64,000 nt of DNA from Octopus vulgaris. Its lineage: Eukaryota. Both the position numbers and the translations under genes were made by a program. The stretch's first letter is position 1; each line of letters begins with the position of its first letter. The DNA lies in NCBI GenBank assembly GCA_951406725.2, contig OX597818.1, positions 62,000,001-62,064,000 on the forward strand, given 5' to 3'. The notes below the pieces were generated by a model, which saw nothing but the letters and a program-made list of their open reading frames with translations, was not told where the DNA came from and made no database searches. This document shows, piece by piece, positions 55,975 to 64,000 of this stretch.

Positions 55975-56421
55975 CTCTTTTACTCTTTTTACTCTTTTAG
56001 TTGTTTCAGTCATATGACTGTGGCCATGCTGGAGCACCGCCTTTAGTCGAGCAAATCGGCCCCGGGACTTATCTTTGTAAGCCTAGTACTTATTTTATTG
56101 CTCTCTTTTGCCGAACTGCTAAGTCACAGGGACGTAAACACACCAGCATCAGTTGTCAAGCGATGTTGGGAGGGGGACAAACAGACACATAAACACAAAC
56201 ACACACACACACATACACACAGACATACACACACACGCACACATATATATACATATATACGACGGGCTTCTTTCAGTTTCCGTCTACCAAATCCACTCAC
56301 AAGGCTTTGGTCGGCCCGCGGTTATAGTAGAAGACACTTGCCCAGGGTGTCACGCAGTAGGACTGAACCCGGAACCATGTGGTTGGTAAGCAAGCTACAT
56401 ACCACACAGCCACTCCTACGC
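55975..56421 (-). mobile_element. SINE family A, full length
   Basis: Reverse-complement match to 33489-33897. Confidence 0.9.
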
Positions 56422-56423
56422 AT

Positions 56424-56570
56424 ATTTACACTATTTGCATTTGACGGATATATGTCCTCATCTTGTTTGTTGCTGATGAAGGCTGTAGGGTATATCCATC
56501 GAAACGTTGGTGTTAGCAACAAACAAGATAAGGACAAATATCCGTCAAATGTAGATAATGCAAGTAATGT
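56424..56570. mobile_element. HHR-SINE locus 5: short degenerate inverted pair of 3' ends
   Basis: Minus tail at 56424-56472 abuts CTGATGAAGGCTG..GAAACGTT and a plus-strand tail. Confidence 0.7.
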
Positions 56571-57153
56571 TAACTAAACTCATAACCCAATTCATCCACA
56601 TAACGATACAAAAGTAATCGCCAGTCGATAATTTCATAAGACTTCGAACAAATAAATATTAGAACTCATATCCAATATATATTTAATATTGCCGTGAAAT
56701 TAAGTCCAGCCGGACTGCATTAGCAGCTTGAGACAAGCTTCGAACCAACCGGTTTTATTCATATTTATCAATTCCCCTGGATATGTTTGTTTGCTCTCGT
56801 CAAGCCGATGTTCATCTGTTGCCTCTTTTGGAAGCAACACGGCTTCTTATATCAAAATTCCACTTCGCCCTTCGATGATTTAGTATGAAATTCCGTAATA
56901 TTATCGCATTTCCTTATTGGGTTTCTTCGTAATGTTGTACACTGTACACACTTCTCTCGAACACCAAGCGCGCAGAATTACAAATGTACTCAGAGACTGA
57001 CATACGTACGCACCAATACATACACACATACGCACATAAGATGAACACGTACATGCAAACACACACACACATACATACATGCATACATACATACATAAAT
57101 ATATACATACATACATATATATATACATACAGACATACATACATATGCATATA

Positions 57154-57543
57154 TCTTTATATATAAAAGTGAGGTTGTGTGCTGTCTGTCTCCTACGATT
57201 TAGATTCCTAACTACTCCCACATTTTGCGGTGCAGTTTAACCAAAAGCGGGTATCTTATAGTCGTGATTCATATCAAGCCCTTCTGGGTATTAGCGCGCG
57301 TCTACGATGAGTCTACGATTAAAAAAAAATTACCATAAATTTTTCCCATTTTTAATGTACTTTTTTGCTATTATATAAGGGAAGTAACTCTCTAAATGTC
57401 TATTATTAAATCTCAGAACGTAAAAAGCTACAGTAACACTTTGTGGTTAGCCATATTGAGATGGCTATTATACTTTACATCTCTAAAAATGCTTATATAG
57501 TTATTTCCTTTACAAACCCGAGCAACGCCGGGCGATACTGCTA

Positions 57544-57544
<1 letters not shown>
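57154..57544 (+). mobile_element. Non-autonomous Helitron, copy 2
   Basis: TC..CCCGAGCAACGCCGGG..CTAG at A|T; closely similar to 30664-31058. Confidence 0.88.
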
Positions 57545-57588
<44 letters not shown>

Positions 57589-57891
57589 TATGCATAGACA
57601 CACTCCAGTACAAGTACTATGTGTGTATGTATACGTGTGCGTGTGTGTGTGTGTGTGTGTATGCACCTACATATACGTGACACACTAGCGACTCGTCTAA
57701 AATATCTCCCCCAGCTTCGTTAAAATATCGGAATATTGAAAATATTGAATCAAATAATTTTAAACTTTGGCAGAATGTCATACATTAAATTACAATAATT
57801 AAGTAATTGAATATACTTATACAACCGCGCATACATACACACGCAGACAGGTATACAGTATATACATACATAGTATATACATACATACATA

Positions 57892-57926
<35 letters not shown>

Positions 57927-58239
57927 CACATATACATACATAGTATATGTATATATATATATATATATGTATATTTATGTATGTGCATGTATATAAAACT
58001 ATACATATGACATCGTACACACAAATTTAAATATATATACATACAGGTATGTAACCTATGTGTATGCCTGTGTGTATGTGAGTATTTATGTATGCATGTA
58101 TGTAGGTATTTCTCTGTGTGCATATATATGTATATGTATATATATATATATGCATATATATATATATATATATACCCATATATATACATATACATTCATA
58201 AAGTACATTTATGCATACAGATGCCCATGCATACATTCA

Positions 58240-58315
<76 letters not shown>

Positions 58316-59249
58316 TATATACATGTGTGTGCATACACATGCACAACCATGCTCCTACAAGCACCGAGACTTCCTATCAAATGCTTACACGCTTACACAC
58401 ACCTACGAAACACATCCACTCACACCCCTTTCACACACAATTATCATCAAACAATTCTTGAACGTTCTATATTCTAAAGCATATGAGAATAAATCGAGAT
58501 ATATTTTAAGAGATATATATTTATAACGATCTCAGGCCCCAAGGGAGACCAATGTTTTACGTATAGAAACAATTATTCGTGCATTGTATTTGGAAAGCGT
58601 AATAGCGTTTTGGCCTTTGTTCGCTATAGTTCTAAACAAAGTCTTCATTAACAGGTTTCCCAAGAAGCACTATAAATTTGAATTCATATTGGTAGCCGTT
58701 TCGTGACATATACAATCAGTGGAATAAATATACACACATTTGCTCTGCAACTGGTTGCTTTTATTTCACGGAAGAGTACATTTTTGGTTGCATAAAATAC
58801 CGAAGATGTTTTGGTGTTAACAAATTAATAGCTGTCTGTCTACATACATATATGCATTTACATATAGAAACATAGATACATACATACATATATTTATATG
58901 TGTGCGTGTGTGTGTGTTTACATATATCATTTAAAGTACATAGTATAAAGATAAGAACCACTGATAGTTTCTTGCTCTGGAAACACGTGTTTTAAAACAT
59001 GCCGTGTGTCTCGAAGTGATCCGAGTATATGGTGTTGAGAAGTAACGACAATGGCAAAATATCCGTATCTGCTATTCTCGGTCATTCGAGGTGGGTTGCC
59101 TCGCCTTATCTGGGACTTTCGGTGTTCTTTAACACTCGGCCTCGGGCAGGCAGCTTCTACCAGATGTTAACCTGGATCAAATAAGCGTATAAACGAAACA
59201 CATACACTTTGTATGTGTATTTATAAATGTATCTATGTATGTATGTTTA

Positions 59250-59610
59250 TGTCAGGTCACTTTCGAGTGCTACTGGTAACATGTAACCCAGTACAACCTG
59301 TTGCAAGGTCGGGTCGTCGGCGACTAAACCGGCAACCCCACCAAGCTTGCTTGGTGAGAAGGGTGTGTATTTGACACCCCGCGGGATGAAAAACGAAACC
59401 AGTCAAAGGGCGGAGGAACTCTTGAGAGTCAACGGCCATCTAATAAATGTCTTAAGGATGTATCATGCGAGGGGACATAGAAATAATCGGACTGAATACC
59501 CGATCGCGCGGTTAAACCATTGGGAGTGAAGGACTCCTAGCCTTTGTTAGGGCATCCTTCTAGGAGAAGGTAACTCAGGTAACTGGGATAACTCCGACAT
59601 AAAACCTGCG
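59250..59610 (+). mobile_element. Probable RTE-type LINE 5' UTR, hairpin-rich
   Basis: Homologous to 34600-34770; CTAGGAGAAGGTAACTC resembles RTE 5' UTR motifs (from memory). Confidence 0.5.
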
Positions 59611-60245
59611 GCTCAGTGGTTACCGATGATGGTGACTTGTTCTTCGTTTCGGATTATGGCTGCTGTTGCTTAGTGAGTGGAATTGACTCAGTGCACAGCC
59701 TTTCCTCACTTTAAAACAAAACATCTTGCACAGGCATTGCACGATAACAACATTGATTAAGCTTCGTGCAATGGCCATACTCAATAACGAGGGGGCAGCC
59801 ACCATGTATGTATATATGTATGTATGTATGTATGCATGTATGCATGTATGTATGTATGTATGTATGTATGTATGTATGTGAGTTTGATTCTGCTAATTTT
59901 TCGGTCATTTATTTATATTTAAGAATTGCCGCTTCAAATCGAAAAATAAATATATTTATGACAGTTATTATACTTTGAGCCTTCCATAGTAGCTTTCTGC
60001 GTAACTCGCAAAGCCTTGCGGGTTTGTTTGTAGAAATATTATTTGTGTAGTATCAAGTCAGTTTAAGTATATCTTAACTAAATTTGACTAAAACTGATGG
60101 GTGAGCGTTTGGCCAATCAGATTCGCAAGGAGCCTTGAAAGCGTCGATTTGTGAGTTCGATTCTGCCTGAGGTTAGCCTATCATTTTACTGTCATTTGTT
60201 TTTATTTAAAAATTGTCGCTTCAACTCGGATAATAAATATCATTA

Positions 60246-60342
<97 letters not shown>

Positions 60343-60343
<1 letters not shown>

Positions 60344-60725
60344 AGGCGGCGAGTGGCAAAAACGTTAGCACGCCGGGCGAAATGCTTAGCAGTATTTCGT
60401 CTGCCGTTACGTTCTGAGTTCAAATTCCGCCGAGGTCGACTTTGCCTTTCATCCTTTCGGGGTTGATTAAATAAGTACCAGTTACGCACTGGGGTCGATA
60501 TAATCGACTTAATCCGTTTGTCCTCTCTATGTTTAGCCCCTTGTGGGTAGTAAAGAAATAGGTATTTCGTCTGTCTTAACGTTCTGAGTTCAAATTCCGC
60601 CGAGGTCGACTTTGCCTTTCATCCTTTCGGGTCGATAAAATAAGTACCAGTTGCGTACTGGGGTCGATCTAATCGACTGGCCCTCTCCTCCAAAATTTCG
60701 GGTCTTGTGCCTATAGTAGAAAAAG
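60343..60725 (+). mobile_element. SINE family B dimer (tail 1, then tail 2)
   Basis: Head, core with GGGTAGTAAAGAAATAG, then core with TTGTGCCTATAGTAGAAAA. Confidence 0.9.
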
Positions 60726-60756
60726 ACATATATATATATATTATATACAGTTATTA

Positions 60757-60795
<39 letters not shown>

Positions 60796-61313
60796 ATGTG
60801 TGTGTGCATGTCTAATGTGCGGTGTGGTGGCAGAATTGTCAGATCTTACTAAACTAAGTTACATGGATGTGAATCAAATTGTTATTAAATTATATATGTG
60901 TGTGTGTGTGTGTGTAAATTTACATGACGCCATGTTTGCGTGTGATGTATTAAAGTGTTTCTATTTTTGCATTCGTGACTGCATATATGTACATATATAT
61001 ACATATATATTCAATAAATGAATTATTTAAATATTGTGTGTGCACCCACGTAACCCTAAAGGATTGTACTTCCATAACCCAGTTCACAAGGATTTTCGAA
61101 ATTCATGAACTGATATCACGTGACATTGATAGAACTTTTAAACGTTTGCCATCGATTCCGGGAAATAAAAAAAAAACTATAAATATATCGAGTGGAATTT
61201 CTGAATCTCGGCTTGAAAAGATTTTGGAACGAAACGCCAGATCAGTGTGGAACTCCCTGAATTTTCAGACACACAAACACACAAACACACAAACATCCAT
61301 CCATTCATACATG

Positions 61314-61344
<31 letters not shown>

Positions 61345-61515
61345 AATATTAGGGAATAAATCAAAATTTACAGGGAAAAAATCAGATTTAGGATTAAATC
61401 CAATTTTATAGTAAAATATTATAAAATATTATTAGAGACAAAACCACTATTTTGCAAAACAAACAAGGAAAGACTTAATCAATACATAAAATTTTAATAA
61501 ATAGTCAAAAAACCG

Positions 61516-61558
61516 CCACTACAATTGTTTCTTGTCTTGATCGACAATCTTCAGGTGG
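61516..61558 (-). ncRNA. Type I minimal hammerhead ribozyme motif
   Basis: CCAC CUGAAGA UUGUC-GAUCAA-GACAA GAAAC-AAUU-GUA GUGG: stem I CCAC/GUGG, 5-bp stem II, palindromic ACAAUUGU stem III, GUA site. Confidence 0.8.
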
Positions 61559-61999
61559 ACTTCCAATCTAAAATATCAATATTTTAAAATATAAAAATAA
61601 TAATTTTAAAATAATTAAAGTATGAATGAAAAAATATAAATATATAATCCGTATATAACCTATATATAATCCATATATAATCAATATATAAACAATATAT
61701 AAACTAAAATAAACCTATCAACAATTAAATATAAAATATAAAATATAAAATATAAAATATAAAACAAAACAAAAAAATAATAATAATATAATAATAAACT
61801 ATATATACACCCATACACATATAACTAATTATATATAACCATATCTAACTACATACACTAAATCACACACCTATATATATATATCCCTAAACATACACAT
61901 AAAAACGTCTAGGCAACTATAAATAAATAAAATAGCTAAATACTTCAACACAATACTTATTCATACTCCCACACACACACATACAAACCACATTCACGC

Positions 62000-64000
62000 T
62001 CTAGAAAACGGACATCACTTAAAATTATGAACGGAGAAATGGAATAAATGGAATTAAAAATTATATTCACTTGGTAAAACGAACACTACTTAAAAATTAT
62101 GAATGAAATAATGCAATAAAACAACAGACATCGCAAATAGACACAAATTACTACGAATTCCTTAACAAACCTACCATGATAAACCAATACTCATAAAAAC
62201 ATATAATGATAAAATCTCCCTTTACTAAACTCTATAACATACCTATATAGCAATCCCCCTAAACTAAACATTCACACACAAATACACACACGTAAACCAC
62301 ACACCCACGACATATACAAATACCCACACCACTTACACATACCAATACATACATATAAACCTCAACATATACTCCAAAAACCCACTCAACCCCACACAGA
62401 CAAATATACACAAAAATTATGAATGGATTCTTTTATAAAACTACCATGATAAGCTAAAACTCACAAAAACATAAATGATAAAACCTCCCTTTACTAAACA
62501 CTATAACATACTTATATAGCAATCCCTTTAACCTATACATTCACACACAAATACACACACGTAAACCACACACCCATAACAAATACAAACACCCACCCCA
62601 CTCACACACACCCACAAGTACATATAAGCCTCAACATATACACCAAACAAAATTACTTTACCAAGGAACTTAACATATGTATAAAAAGTATAACCGCTCT
62701 GGAAACTAACATCTTTTAAAATAATGAATGGAGAAATGGAATAAATGGAATTAAAAATAATATTCACGTGGCAAAACGAACACCACTCAAAAATTATGAA
62801 TGAAACAATGTAATAAAACAACCAACATCGAAAATAGACAAATTACCACGAATTCCCTAAAAAAACCATGATAAACCAAAACTCTTAAAACCTATAACGA
62901 TAAAATCTCCCTTTGCTAAACTCTATAACAAACCTATATAGCAATCCCCTAACCTAAACATTCACACACAAATACACACACGTAAACCACACACCCACGA
63001 CATATACAAATACCCACACCACTTACACATACCTATACATACATATAAACCTCAACATATACTCCAAAACCACTCAACCCCACACAGACAAATATACACA
63101 AAAATTATGAATGGATTCTTTTATAAAACTACCATGATAAGCTAAAACTCACAAAAACATAAATGATAAAACCTCCTTTACTAAACACTATAACATACTT
63201 ATATAGCAATCCCTTTAACCTATACATTCACACACAAATATATACACACGTAAACCACACACCCATAACAAATACAAACACCCACCCCACTCACACACAC
63301 CCACAAGTACATATAAGCCTCAACATATACACCAAACAAAATTACTTTACCAAGGAACTTAACATATACTTTTTATACATATGTTAAGTTCCTTGGTAAA
63401 GTAATTTTGTTTGGTGTATATGTTGAGGCTTATATGTACTTGTTGGTGTGTGTGAGTGGGGTGGGTGTTTGTATTTGTTATGGGTGTGTGGTTTACGTGT
63501 GTGTATTTGTGTGTGAATGTATAGGTTAAAGGGATTGCTATATAAGTATGTTATAGTGTTTAGTAAAGGGAGGTTTTATCATTTATGTTTTTGTGAATTT
63601 TAGCTTATCATGGTAGTTTTATAAAAGAATCCATTCATAATTTTTGTGTATATTTGTCTGTGTGGGGTTGAGTGGGTTTTTGGAGTATATGTTGAGGTTT
63701 ATATGTATGTATAGGTATGTGTAAGTGGTGTGGGTATTTGTATATGTCGTGGGTGTGTGGTTTACGTGTGTGTATTTGTGTGTGAATGTTTAGGTTAGGG
63801 GGATTGCTATATAGGTATGTTATAGAGTTTAGTAAAGGGAGATTTTATCATTATATGTTTTTATGAGTATTGGTTTATCATGGTAGGTTTGTTAAGGAAT
63901 TCGTAGTAATTTGTGTCTATTTGCGATGTCTGTTGTTTTATTGCATTATTTCATTCATAATTTTTAAGTAGTGTTCGTTTTACCAAGTGAATATAATTTT
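62000..64000. repeat. Two tandem ~680-bp units (each with two ~280-bp subrepeats) followed by an inverted copy extending beyond the window
   Basis: Units at ~62000-62695 and ~62697-63368; 63365-64000 is the reverse complement of ~62056-62691. Confidence 0.9.

Noticed and set aside
58961-58992. CTGATAG..GAAACACGTGT as a hammerhead
   Set aside because: The core is non-canonical and stem II overlaps the GAAA, so it is too degenerate to call.

Overview
This is AT-rich, microsatellite-dense eukaryotic non-coding DNA. The repeat content suggests an octopus or other cephalopod genome (inference). I can support no intact host gene, and most predicted ORFs are translations of simple repeats. Identifiable content: many copies of at least four tRNA-headed SINE families; decayed non-LTR retrotransposons (Tx1/L1, RTE, CR1-like, R4/Dong-like); pogo, mariner and hAT remnants; two copies of a non-autonomous Helitron; and MITE-like foldbacks. 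The main unexplained signal is a high density of type I hammerhead ribozyme (HHR) motifs. One is built into a tRNA-headed SINE-like element (pol III head, (AAT)n, HHR, AATGTAAAT tail). That element occurs at five loci, always with an inverted partial copy, which is the Penelope-like element (PLE) arrangement. Two more complete HHR folds lie at 35435-35512 and 61516-61558. The latter is next to a tandem-plus-foldback array that runs off the window. Several LINEs sit in specific microsatellites, and one SINE shares its 3' tail with the Tx1 LINE. All folds and alignments were made by eye.
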